This document shows, piece by piece, positions 30,501-38,773 of a DNA stretch of 64,000 bases (position 1 is the stretch's first letter; every line of letters begins with the position of its first letter). This DNA is from a virus (taxonomy: Duplodnaviria; Caudoviricetes). The DNA is taken from positions 1 through 64,000 of IMG/VR virus record IMGVR_UViG_3300021400_000091, one strand, 5' to 3'. Both the position numbers and the translations under genes were made by a program. The notes beneath the pieces are model-generated. The model was given only the letters and a program-made list of their open reading frames with translations, had not been told where the DNA came from and searched no databases.

Positions 30501-30524
30501 ACTGTTAATTATTTGAATTATTAA

Positions 30525-30962
30525 TTATCTATTGTCAGTAAGTCTAATGACAATAAATTTTGGTTCAGTGTTGAATTTATCTGAGAAATTATAATTTATA
30601 TTAATTTTAATATAATCTACTCCACAACTGCTAACTACTCGTTTTTCTATAAGACCTTTAATAGCTTTATAATAAGCTCGCATTGTTTTACCATAATGTT
30701 CTATTGCTTTATCTATAACGTGAGTAATAAGACTTTGATTTCTTCCAGTTTCTTTTATAAGAGTAAGAAGAACTTTATAAACTTCAGTTTCACTATCATT
30801 TAGTTTAAGTAGTCTAGCAATAATATCAGCAGTAAGAGTAAGAGTATCACTATCTTCATTGAGAATAGCAAGATTAATAATATCATTACTATCTGCATAA
30901 GTAGAAGTTTCTTTATCTAGATAAATTCCACCAGGAATAGCATCGTCAACTTTAATAAGCAT
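30525..30962 (-). CDS. RepL-like winged-helix protein
   Basis: 145 aa; MRAYYKAIKGLIEKRVV..YIKININY wHTH-like; first gene of late arm as in crAss genomes. Confidence 0.5.
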   Translation of the reverse strand: MLIKVDDAIPGGIYLDKETSTYADSNDIINLAILNEDSDTLTLTADIIARLLKLNDSETEVYKVLLTLIKETGRNQSLITHVIDKAIEHYGKTMRAYYKAIKGLIEKRVVSSCGVDYIKININYNFSDKFNTEPKFIVIRLTDNR

Positions 30963-30996
30963 ATTACTATAATTAACTTGATTAATACTTTCGGTA

Positions 30997-31028
30997 CAAA
31001 GATAATGAACTATTTGTTCAATACCAAG
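30997..31028 (-). promoter_or_regulatory. Bacteroidota-type promoter driving left arm (TTG..TATCTTTG)
   Basis: caaagata 30997-31004, ccaag 31024-31028. Confidence 0.6.
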
Positions 31029-31070
31029 AAAAATTATGTTAAAAATTGTAAAAGATACTTCCCTTATATA

Positions 31071-31190
31071 AGGTATTCTTTTATATAATAATATATAAAT
31101 ATATTATTATATAAAAGAATACCTAATTATATTTATATATACTTATATATAAATATAATTATATATTTATATATAAGTATATATAAATAT
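31071..31190. repeat. Nested perfect AT-rich inverted repeats (candidate replication origin)
   Basis: 25-bp IR 31071-31124; 18-bp IR 31124-31161; 29-bp IR 31129-31190. Confidence 0.8.
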
Positions 31191-31735
31191 TAATATTAAT
31201 ATAGTTACAGTAACTAATACTAATAAAGACACGACCACTTTTTTGAGTGATATTGAAGCAAGAGAGCTTACAAGTAAAGCTGGTAATAATAGCAGTATTA
31301 TTGTTCTAGGTACTTAAATGAAAGTACCCCGTGGTCTTGTTATAGTTTTTGATAATAATTTTAGCAATACTGAAGTAATTGAAGTTATTAATAGAGATTA
31401 AGTTGGAGAAAAGGATTTTGGAAAAAGAGATTTAAAGGTTTTTGAATAGTGCGAAGATTGTTGAGTTGGAGTTGTAATTTATTGTGTTATTTAAGAAAAA
31501 GATTAAGTGAGTCTTTAAAGTAATGATTTAAGTGAGAGTTTTAATGAAGATTAAGTGAAAGTAGGGTTTAGTGAAATTTAGTCGGAGATTGTGAGAGGGG
31601 AGGTGCCACTATGAATCCCCCGTATAGTAATATCGAATGTCAATACCCCCATACTTAAATACATATTAAATATTATTTTGTTGAAATTATTGTTATTATA
31701 GTATTGATAAATATATTGTATCTTTGTGGATATTG

Positions 31736-31770
31736 TACCTCAAAAGGAGATATAACAAATAAAATTTTGA
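31736..31770 (+). promoter_or_regulatory. 35-bp early-region motif, copy 1
   Basis: TACCTCAAAAGGAGATATAACAAATAAAATTTTGA. Confidence 0.7.
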
Positions 31771-31776
31771 GTGATA

Positions 31777-31869
31777 TAGCACATCACTCAATGGAGTTGA
31801 GCTTGCTCCTCCACCAAGTCTCGCAAGTAACGGCGAGCCAGGCTATCTAGGATAGTGCTGCTTGTGCTA
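31777..31869 (+). ncRNA. Candidate multibranched structured RNA/leader
   Basis: Closing stem TAGCACA/TGTGCTA enclosing three hairpins. Confidence 0.35.
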
Positions 31870-31962
31870 CACTTAACCCCGAAGAAGTGTATAAATAAAC
31901 TGAGGGAGTTACTGGTACAGCTAAAGCCCAAGGTTGGGTGGAAGTCGAGGCCATTTAATGTC

Positions 31963-32697
31963 ATGAAGAAGAATCTGAATGACCAAGTTACAATGATTGT
32001 TGCCAACATCAAGGGCATCACAGTGTGGAATCGGGAGTTGCCATCTCCCTACACAGAGGGGAAGGTTGTCCTCCGAAAGGAGGTGCAACTGCATCTCGAC
32101 GAGGTGTTGGAGGCAAACACAGAGAGTGGAGAGATGTCATCTCTCGGCGTGTTGTGGGTCGACCTGAAAAAGGTCATCCGCAACTTGCCATGCGGGGATA
32201 TCTACTTCTCGCTGCTCCCTAAATGGGAGCCGGACATCCTCGACCAGGAGGTGAAGGATGAGGAGAAGGCAAAGCCCGATGATGCTTTTGCCAACCACAT
32301 CTATCCTCTGTTCAAGGGAGCCAAAGTGGTACTGCTCCAGTCCAAGAAGATGGTAGAAGCCACCGATGAGAATGGGGCTACTGCTGAGGTTGCTCAGTAC
32401 ATTCGTGGTCTAGCTACGAGTAAGAGAGCTGAGCAGATGGGGGTTGCTCAGCAGCTCGAGAAGGAGCTGGCTACACTAAAGATGAGTGTGGTGGAGCTGG
32501 CACCGATCTTTAAAGTGAAAGGTGCTATTGAGAAACTCCTCCAGCTTCGTCTCGAAAAGCAGATGCGCGACAAGGAGGAGGCTGAGAAATTGGGCATTGA
32601 GTTCACTCCTAAGCCCTACTACGAGGAGAAGCTTCAGCTTCTGTACAAGAAGGAGGAGGAGTTGACAGCCGACGAGATGCTCGACGGCATCCTCTAA
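31963..32697 (+). CDS. GC-rich first early gene, hypothetical (probable start MKKNLNDQ)
   Basis: Track ORF 31855..32697; first ATG at 31963; about 50% GC by eye. Confidence 0.75.
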   Translation: MKKNLNDQVTMIVANIKGITVWNRELPSPYTEGKVVLRKEVQLHLDEVLEANTESGEMSSLGVLWVDLKKVIRNLPCGDIYFSLLPKWEPDILDQEVKDEEKAKPDDAFANHIYPLFKGAKVVLLQSKKMVEATDENGATAEVAQYIRGLATSKRAEQMGVAQQLEKELATLKMSVVELAPIFKVKGAIEKLLQLRLEKQMRDKEEAEKLGIEFTPKPYYEEKLQLLYKKEEELTADEMLDGIL

Positions 32698-32808
32698 TCG
32701 TTGTTAGTATGACTCCAGTGTTGAGTGGTGGCAACACTGGAGTCTTTCCTAGTAAATCTATTAATAGTAGTGGCGTACTTAGGTATGCTACTGCTATTAA
32801 TAGATATA

Positions 32809-32843
32809 TACCTCAAAATCAGAGAAAACATATAAGATTTTGA
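32809..32843 (+). promoter_or_regulatory. 35-bp early-region motif, copy 2
   Basis: TACCTCAAAATCAGAGAAAACATATAAGATTTTGA, 16 nt before ATG at 32860. Confidence 0.7.
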
Positions 32844-32859
32844 GTTGTTAAAGTAAATC

Positions 32860-33141
32860 ATGAAACTAAAAATGATAACGGCTTTGCTCTTCATTATGCT
32901 TGCTGCTTTTGTGTGTAATGCACAAGAGCAACTTGTCATTAAGGATGGCAAGGTTGCTGTCGTTAAGGTTGACACCACCAAAAAAACTCAAAAGCCTGCT
33001 GAAAAAGTTGGTGATTACACAGTTAATGGTAAAAAAGTTACTGTGTATAGAGGGTCTAGAGGTGGATACTTCTATTATACGGGCAAAGTCGATAAAAACG
33101 GCAAGCCTGTTAAGAAGTATATAAAGACGTATAAACCTTGA
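32860..33141 (+). CDS. Small secreted basic protein
   Basis: Signal peptide (..VCNA|QE) then VYRGSRGGYFYY..KKYI. Confidence 0.7.
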   Translation: MKLKMITALLFIMLAAFVCNAQEQLVIKDGKVAVVKVDTTKKTQKPAEKVGDYTVNGKKVTVYRGSRGGYFYYTGKVDKNGKPVKKYIKTYKP

Positions 33142-33259
33142 CGGCAAAGTTGGGTTCAGACTATTCCCAGCTTCACAGACAAAATAGTGACTAGCCAAAG
33201 GGGAGATGGCTATGTTCTCCCCAAAGTTGTTTTCCAAATAAAAAATAAAGATAGAAGAT

Positions 33260-33637
33260 ATGGAAAACTATGATGAGATGTTAGAACAGATTCAACACAA
33301 AATAAACGTGTTAGAAGGCAAAAAGGCTGCACTTATACAGAACTTTATTCTCGAGAACGAGGCAACACTATTCGGGGAGGTCTTAGACTTGTTAACTAGG
33401 ACTAATATTGTGGCTGGGGATTATTATGCTCCAACTCGTAAATATTCCACTATTAGTGGGATTAAAAATCTCCGTGTTTCCTGTCAAGACAACGAGGGAA
33501 ATGTTGTGATAAATATTAAGGTAGAGAGCAAAAAGGGAGAATATTTTGCTCAATATTGGAAATCACAAAAGCCAGTTCTTATTAAGGAGTACAAAGTGTC
33601 TTTTTGCTATTCTTATAGCAAGAGATACTACGAGTAA
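33260..33637 (+). CDS. Early hypothetical protein
   Basis: 125 aa ORF. Confidence 0.65.
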   Translation: MENYDEMLEQIQHKINVLEGKKAALIQNFILENEATLFGEVLDLLTRTNIVAGDYYAPTRKYSTISGIKNLRVSCQDNEGNVVINIKVESKKGEYFAQYWKSQKPVLIKEYKVSFCYSYSKRYYE

Positions 33638-33678
33638 TAATCAACCCTTTGCGGTTGGGGGTTAAACCGCTTTTCGTT

Positions 33679-34167
33679 ATGAAATTATTACATGTTGAAG
33701 GATGTAGTATCAAAGAAGCCATTGTGGCTCTTGGTATATATCATCATGGGCATAAAATGCCAAAAGATGGCAAGTACAAAGTTGGGCATGGAAGAGCATA
33801 TATTGGACACATTTCAGAGATAACTCCTAATCCAGTGTGCCGTGAGAATGATTATATAATAACTCGTTTTAGAAGTGAGCTACGAGTTTATGATTGTAAT
33901 CAATCATACATTCTTGATACTATTGGGGGTGGACCTGAATCATGGGGCACAGTTATGAAAGTTAGCATGGAAGTCCTAAACGATTGGTTAATTAGTTCAG
34001 CCAAATTGCGTATATGTGATGTTATTAGAACCGCCAGACTTCAAGAATTAGGTTTTCCTGAACTTAATTTCAATTATAAACTAGCTGAAGAATGGGATGG
34101 AAAAGTTACCCCGCAATTTGTAAGAGTATGGCCAAATGAAGAAGATGAAATTAAATCACGTCTTTGA
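33679..34167 (+). CDS. Early hypothetical protein
   Basis: Track ORF 33649..34167, first ATG 33679. Confidence 0.6.
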   Translation: MKLLHVEGCSIKEAIVALGIYHHGHKMPKDGKYKVGHGRAYIGHISEITPNPVCRENDYIITRFRSELRVYDCNQSYILDTIGGGPESWGTVMKVSMEVLNDWLISSAKLRICDVIRTARLQELGFPELNFNYKLAEEWDGKVTPQFVRVWPNEEDEIKSRL

Positions 34168-34260
34168 CTTTGTGCTAGGTGATGACAAGATAGAGGGGCT
34201 GATACAGCTCCTCTATATTGTCTCAATGTTGTTATTTCCGATATTAATTTTGCTTTAACT

Positions 34261-34509
34261 ATGATTACAATTAAAGATAAAGGTCTAATTGAGAAATTGT
34301 GTGAAATCTTTAATGTAAAAACAGATGAAGATGTAACACTTTTTCACAATGACTATGGGTTTTATATCCAATTTGGAGAAACCAGAAGAAAAGTAGTCAA
34401 TTATTATCAAATAATAGATAAAGATGTGGAATTAGTAATATGTATGCCACTAGGGCTGTTCCATATATTTAACATCACAAAGAAAGAGTACAAAGAGTTA
34501 CAACTATAA
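34261..34509 (+). CDS. Early hypothetical protein
   Basis: 82 aa ORF. Confidence 0.6.
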   Translation: MITIKDKGLIEKLCEIFNVKTDEDVTLFHNDYGFYIQFGETRRKVVNYYQIIDKDVELVICMPLGLFHIFNITKKEYKELQL

Positions 34510-34514
34510 AAATT

Positions 34515-34805
34515 ATGTCAATAACATATTATATTAATGCACTTAAAAAGTACTATTTGAGAAAAATCACTATCATAAAAACTAATAATACCCGTTATGA
34601 TACTGATGACCTTGACATAATAGTACAACATCATTTTTATAGAAAGGGACTTTACGTGAATTATATTATCTATAATGATGGTGAAGATAAATGGAAAATA
34701 GAAAAATTAATTAGCATTGATGATGTATTGCCAACTGAAGAAAATAGAACTATGCTAATTAACATACTTTGCCACATAAAAGATAATATCCCATTTGCTC
34801 AATAA
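34515..34805 (+). CDS. Early hypothetical protein
   Basis: 96 aa ORF followed by terminator-like hairpin 34807-34846. Confidence 0.6.
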   Translation: MSITYYINALKKYYLRKITIIKTNNTRYDTDDLDIIVQHHFYRKGLYVNYIIYNDGEDKWKIEKLISIDDVLPTEENRTMLINILCHIKDNIPFAQ

Positions 34806-34900
34806 GTTGCAGCGGTAGTCGTAATGGCTATCGCTGCAATTATTTTTGATTATAAGGTTACAAATCTAAATTGTAATCTTATAACAAACCTTACAGGTAT

Positions 34901-34935
34901 TACCTCAAAAACAGAGATAACATATAAAATTTTGA
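34901..34935 (+). promoter_or_regulatory. 35-bp early-region motif, copy 3
   Basis: TACCTCAAAAACAGAGATAACATATAAAATTTTGA. Confidence 0.7.
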
Positions 34936-35042
34936 TTGTTTTAACATATAAAAATAGTCATTATAATAATGGTAAATGCTAGAGCCGTTATTGTAATTAT
35001 TAATTCTAGCGATGTTGTTGTCCTTAAATTGATATTATAACT

Positions 35043-35495
35043 ATGGACAATCGAATTAAAAAACTAGCACTTGAAGGTCTAATTAATCGAGTAAGCGCTG
35101 ACCCTGGCGCAGGCATTGAGCCTGCATATCTTCTAAAGAAGGATTTTGTTGACCGAGTAATTGAAGTTATTGGCTGTTTGGATGAAGAGGTTTTGCTTTA
35201 TCTTTCAGGTGATGTTAAATTGCCTGAAGTTGGAAGCAGTTTTGTGATAAGAAAAGGTGATAAGGATGTAGAGTGTATTGTAGAGGCTATTAACCTTACC
35301 GATGCTACTATTACTCTTACTCATCTCGTTCCTAAAACTTACTATTTCAAAACTACCGAAGCAGCCCAAACTTTTACCACTACTGGTAAAAAGGGTAACT
35401 ACTCTGATTGGGATGATAATCATTCAGATAATTATCCTTACAAGGGAGAGCACGAAGTAGAGCAGAGAGAACTAATCGGATTCGACAGACTGTAA
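35043..35495 (+). CDS. Early hypothetical protein
   Basis: 150 aa ORF. Confidence 0.65.
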   Translation: MDNRIKKLALEGLINRVSADPGAGIEPAYLLKKDFVDRVIEVIGCLDEEVLLYLSGDVKLPEVGSSFVIRKGDKDVECIVEAINLTDATITLTHLVPKTYYFKTTEAAQTFTTTGKKGNYSDWDDNHSDNYPYKGEHEVEQRELIGFDRL

Positions 35496-35620
35496 GAACA
35501 ACACTAATACTATTATCAATAAACGCCATAAAACTATTACCTATAGATGGGTTTAAATTATTGATAATAGTATTAGTTTCTCTTTAATAAACATAATAAA
35601 CTTTTAAAAAAATTTGAAAA

Positions 35621-36340
35621 ATGGCTAAGAAAGAAAGAACTGACGAACTTGATGATATTATCAAGAACGTAGAAGAAGAAGCTAAGAAGGCTAAAGCAGA
35701 AGCTGATGCTGATGTTAACAATGAAGCTGATGCTGATGAGCTTGAAGATGTAGACGACGATGATGACGACAATGATGACGACACTGCCACTGAAAGTACT
35801 AAGGATGATGAAGAAAAGTCCTTTGCACAAATCTGTCGTGACATCCTCAAGGACAAGAACAACAAGCGTTGGAACGGCTTAGTAATCAAGCGAATTTCGT
35901 TTGATGAAAAAGCAAACTACACGCAAGTGAATGTAACACTAAACAAGAAAATCCCTAGCACTAGTCAATATGCTGTTGATGGTAAGCACAAAACGCTTTA
36001 CACTAACACTTTTGCTATTGCTAGTGTTATTCGTGAACTCCCATTTGCATGGCTTGCTACTCATGTAATTGATGAGCCGGAATGTATGGAACAAATCCTT
36101 ACTGGTGCTACTATTGATATTATTCAAGTTTTCACTCCTGAAAACGAAGAATTTGTCAATCCTTTCAGCACCAAGAGCAATCCTGATGTTTATGTTAGCG
36201 AAGAAGACACTATTCGTGACTTTATTGTTAACATTAAGCTTAGCAATATGGGTATGGCTTATCTTATGGAATATGCTCGTGACCTTCGTAATGAGCGTCG
36301 TCGCCAAAAGCAAATGGCTTCAATGATGATGTCGATGTAA
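35621..36340 (+). CDS. Early protein with poly-acidic N-terminus
   Basis: 239 aa; DELEDVDDDDDDNDDD tract. Confidence 0.75.
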   Translation: MAKKERTDELDDIIKNVEEEAKKAKAEADADVNNEADADELEDVDDDDDDNDDDTATESTKDDEEKSFAQICRDILKDKNNKRWNGLVIKRISFDEKANYTQVNVTLNKKIPSTSQYAVDGKHKTLYTNTFAIASVIRELPFAWLATHVIDEPECMEQILTGATIDIIQVFTPENEEFVNPFSTKSNPDVYVSEEDTIRDFIVNIKLSNMGMAYLMEYARDLRNERRRQKQMASMMMSM

Positions 36341-36538
36341 AACTTGTAAATAGATAATTAGCAGTTGTTGTACATAGTATAGCAACTGCTAATGTCTAAG
36401 TTCTTGCATCAAACTTGTCTTAAAATGTTAACAACTTTTTTATATTGATTTATATCTACCGATAATGCAGATAATACTAGTTTTCTTGCTACAACTTTAT
36501 AAAATTCATTTAATCACTTAAAAATTTTATGAAATATT

Positions 36539-36568
36539 TTTGTAGTTCGAAAACTAGTATTATATTTG
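36539..36568 (+). promoter_or_regulatory. Bacteroidota-type promoter TTTG-N18-TATATTTG
   Basis: Matches -33/-7 consensus upstream of ATG 36599. Confidence 0.7.
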
Positions 36569-36598
36569 CATTGTCTAACATTTAAATATAATACTGAT

Positions 36599-37168
36599 AT
36601 GTATAAGAACAGATTTAACCAAACTCGTAGAGCATTTAATAAAGTAAATAGAAATGCTCAAGGTCGTGAAAATGAAAATCAAGGAGCTAAACGCGGTCTT
36701 CCTAGAAATATCGCTCCTATCGTTCATGTCCTTAAAACTAATAAGGATATTAGAACATATTGTAGCAAAGTTTTGATTAATCTTCATCGTCATAACGGCG
36801 ATATTGAGGATAATCAAAAAGTTTTCGTTGAATTTAATAATGGAGTTTACTCTATTATCAAATATCCGAAAACTGATGATGGCATTAAGTCAATGCCAAT
36901 TCGTAACGACTATCCTTATACCACTAAGGAATTCTATCTTGCTCTTCAAGCAAGTGCGATGATTTTGCTGAATATTATTGTTAACAATTTTGCAAACTAC
37001 TTTGTAACTTATAAACCAACTTTTGACCTGAAAGATACAAATCTTGACAAGATATTCGAAGGTCAAGTGAAAAAAGTAAGTGATGCTGAAATAGCGTTTC
37101 AAAATAATTTACTTCACGAGGGAGAAGAAGAAGTTGTTACTGAAAACACTGACAAAGATGCCGAGTGA
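36599..37168 (+). CDS. Hypothetical protein
   Basis: Track ORF 36566..37168; first ATG after promoter. Confidence 0.65.
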   Translation: MYKNRFNQTRRAFNKVNRNAQGRENENQGAKRGLPRNIAPIVHVLKTNKDIRTYCSKVLINLHRHNGDIEDNQKVFVEFNNGVYSIIKYPKTDDGIKSMPIRNDYPYTTKEFYLALQASAMILLNIIVNNFANYFVTYKPTFDLKDTNLDKIFEGQVKKVSDAEIAFQNNLLHEGEEEVVTENTDKDAE

Positions 37169-37283
37169 ATACGAAGTAGAAATGTCCAATGAGATTTTCT
37201 CAGAAGATATAGATAAAATTGACACTTATGATACAGAGAATGATGCAATTGCTCCAGATGATGGAGCAGAATACGGCTATTGA
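37158..37283 (+). CDS. Small acidic peptide (41 aa)
   Basis: Hand-translated MPSEYEVEMSNEIFSEDIDKIDTYDTENDAIAPDDGAEYGY; overlaps both neighbours. Confidence 0.45.
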   Translation: MPSEYEVEMSNEIFSEDIDKIDTYDTENDAIAPDDGAEYGY

Positions 37284-37581
37284 TGCCGTAAAGGAACTTT
37301 GCTGTAAGGATATTCATCCAACCAGCAAGCTGTATAATGTTTTTAATGGTAATATTATTAATGCCATCGAAGGTATTGATAATCCTACTATCTTAAAAGC
37401 AATAGCTGCCAACCTTAAGAATCTCCGCAAGCAAATTGATAATGCTATTGCTGATGTCAAAGGAACTTGTGAGGCTAAGATTCAAGCGCTTGAAAATGAT
37501 AAAAAGCGTTTTGAGTCTATGTCTAGAGAAGATATGATTGCTCGTATTAAAGAACTTGAAGCAAAAGAAGAAGATAACTAA
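37261..37581 (+). CDS. Coiled-coil hypothetical protein
   Basis: Track ORF 37219..37581; start uncertain. Confidence 0.6.
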   Translation: MEQNTAIDAVKELCCKDIHPTSKLYNVFNGNIINAIEGIDNPTILKAIAANLKNLRKQIDNAIADVKGTCEAKIQALENDKKRFESMSREDMIARIKELEAKEEDN

Positions 37582-37713
37582 CTTGCTTCTGCTATCATTC
37601 CCTCTACGGGCAGTTCTCAACAAGCTGTAACGGCAATTACGGCAATGGTTGCCGTTACAGTTATTTAGAGTTAAACATTGCTAATTGTTAAACCACATAA
37701 TATAGATAGAACT

Positions 37714-38043
37714 ATGTGGAAGCTGACAAAAATTATACTATTTGGGCTATTAATGTTTTGCCTTGGTCTTGTTACAGCTAAGATTGATATTACTCATCGT
37801 TATAATTGTCTTAATGATGTTCAGTATGCAAATTATCTTACTATACCTTACAAAGTTAAGTGTATTCAAAGTGGAGAAGAACTCCATGATTGGGCACTTA
37901 AAAATGTTCCTGCTTATTATGATTCTATTTGTTCTCAACAATGTGATGAATACATAAGGTATTGTTATTATCATTATTATCTTCTTGATAATCCTGATAG
38001 TACTAGTTACGAAGATTACAAAGAAACATTCGACAATTTTTAA
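37714..38043 (+). CDS. Membrane-anchored hypothetical protein
   Basis: MWKLTKIILFGLLMFCLGLVTA N-terminal TM. Confidence 0.55.
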   Translation: MWKLTKIILFGLLMFCLGLVTAKIDITHRYNCLNDVQYANYLTIPYKVKCIQSGEELHDWALKNVPAYYDSICSQQCDEYIRYCYYHYYLLDNPDSTSYEDYKETFDNF

Positions 38044-38047
38044 AGGT

Positions 38048-38164
38048 ATGAGTATTGCAACAGGATTTTATATTGTTTTAGGTATTGGAGTTGGATATAT
38101 TCTATTCAACCTTTTGCCAAAAGCAATTAAGGATATTAAAGATGGGGTCACTAAAGACCTCTAG
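38048..38164 (+). CDS. Small single-TM peptide (38 aa)
   Basis: Hand-translated MSIATGFYIVLGIGVGYILFNLLPKAIKDIKDGVTKDL. Confidence 0.45.
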   Translation: MSIATGFYIVLGIGVGYILFNLLPKAIKDIKDGVTKDL

Positions 38165-38275
38165 ACGTTCACATTTTACATCTGCGCTCGTTTAATGCTT
38201 TACTAGTACATTCCATCATAACAAGGCATTAAAGCGTTAAACGGCGCAAATTTTAATTTTTAACAATTTTGTATT

Positions 38276-38569
38276 ATGGCTCAATTAGTAAGTTTTAATA
38301 AAGAGATTATTAAAGACATTATTGAAATGTCTGGTGTTAAGGTTAACGAAGATAATGTTCTGTTCATTAAATTTAATGATCAGAAACATAAAACATATAT
38401 TGTTACTAAAGCAAATACCGAATCAGGTTTTGCTTATAAAGGTGTTGTTAATTTCCCCGTAGAGGGAATCATCACCTATAATAAAGGTAACAATAGTATT
38501 GTTCTCTTTGATAAAAGCTATCTTGTATGGGATATAGAATTAGGTAAGCACAAATTTATTAATGGTTAA
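38276..38569 (+). CDS. Hypothetical protein
   Basis: 97 aa ORF. Confidence 0.6.
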   Translation: MAQLVSFNKEIIKDIIEMSGVKVNEDNVLFIKFNDQKHKTYIVTKANTESGFAYKGVVNFPVEGIITYNKGNNSIVLFDKSYLVWDIELGKHKFING

Positions 38570-38622
38570 TTGTTAAAAAGGTTATCCGATTGCTACGGTC
38601 TGTGAAGATAGTAGCAATATTA

Positions 38623-38706
38623 GCCACCATGTTGGAATAGGTAGACAAGACGGACTTAAAATCCGTTGAGCATTTGCTCGTGTGGGTTCAAGTCCCACTG
38701 GTGGTA
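38623..38706 (+). tRNA. tRNA-Leu(TAA)
   Basis: Acceptor GCCACCA/TGGTGGT, anticodon arm ACGGA-CTTAAAA-TCCGT, long variable arm, GGTTCAAGTCC T-loop. Confidence 0.92.
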
Positions 38707-38773
38707 CTACTTTCGTTTCAATGATTTTCATAATACTATTACTATGGTCTGTGAAGATAATAGTAATATTTCT

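Noticed and set aside
31327-33086. Weak motif matches ACCCCGTGG (31326), TCCCCCGTATAG (31616), TACGGGCA (33078)
   Set aside because: Only the CCCGT half matches and the purine-rich half is missing; not counted.
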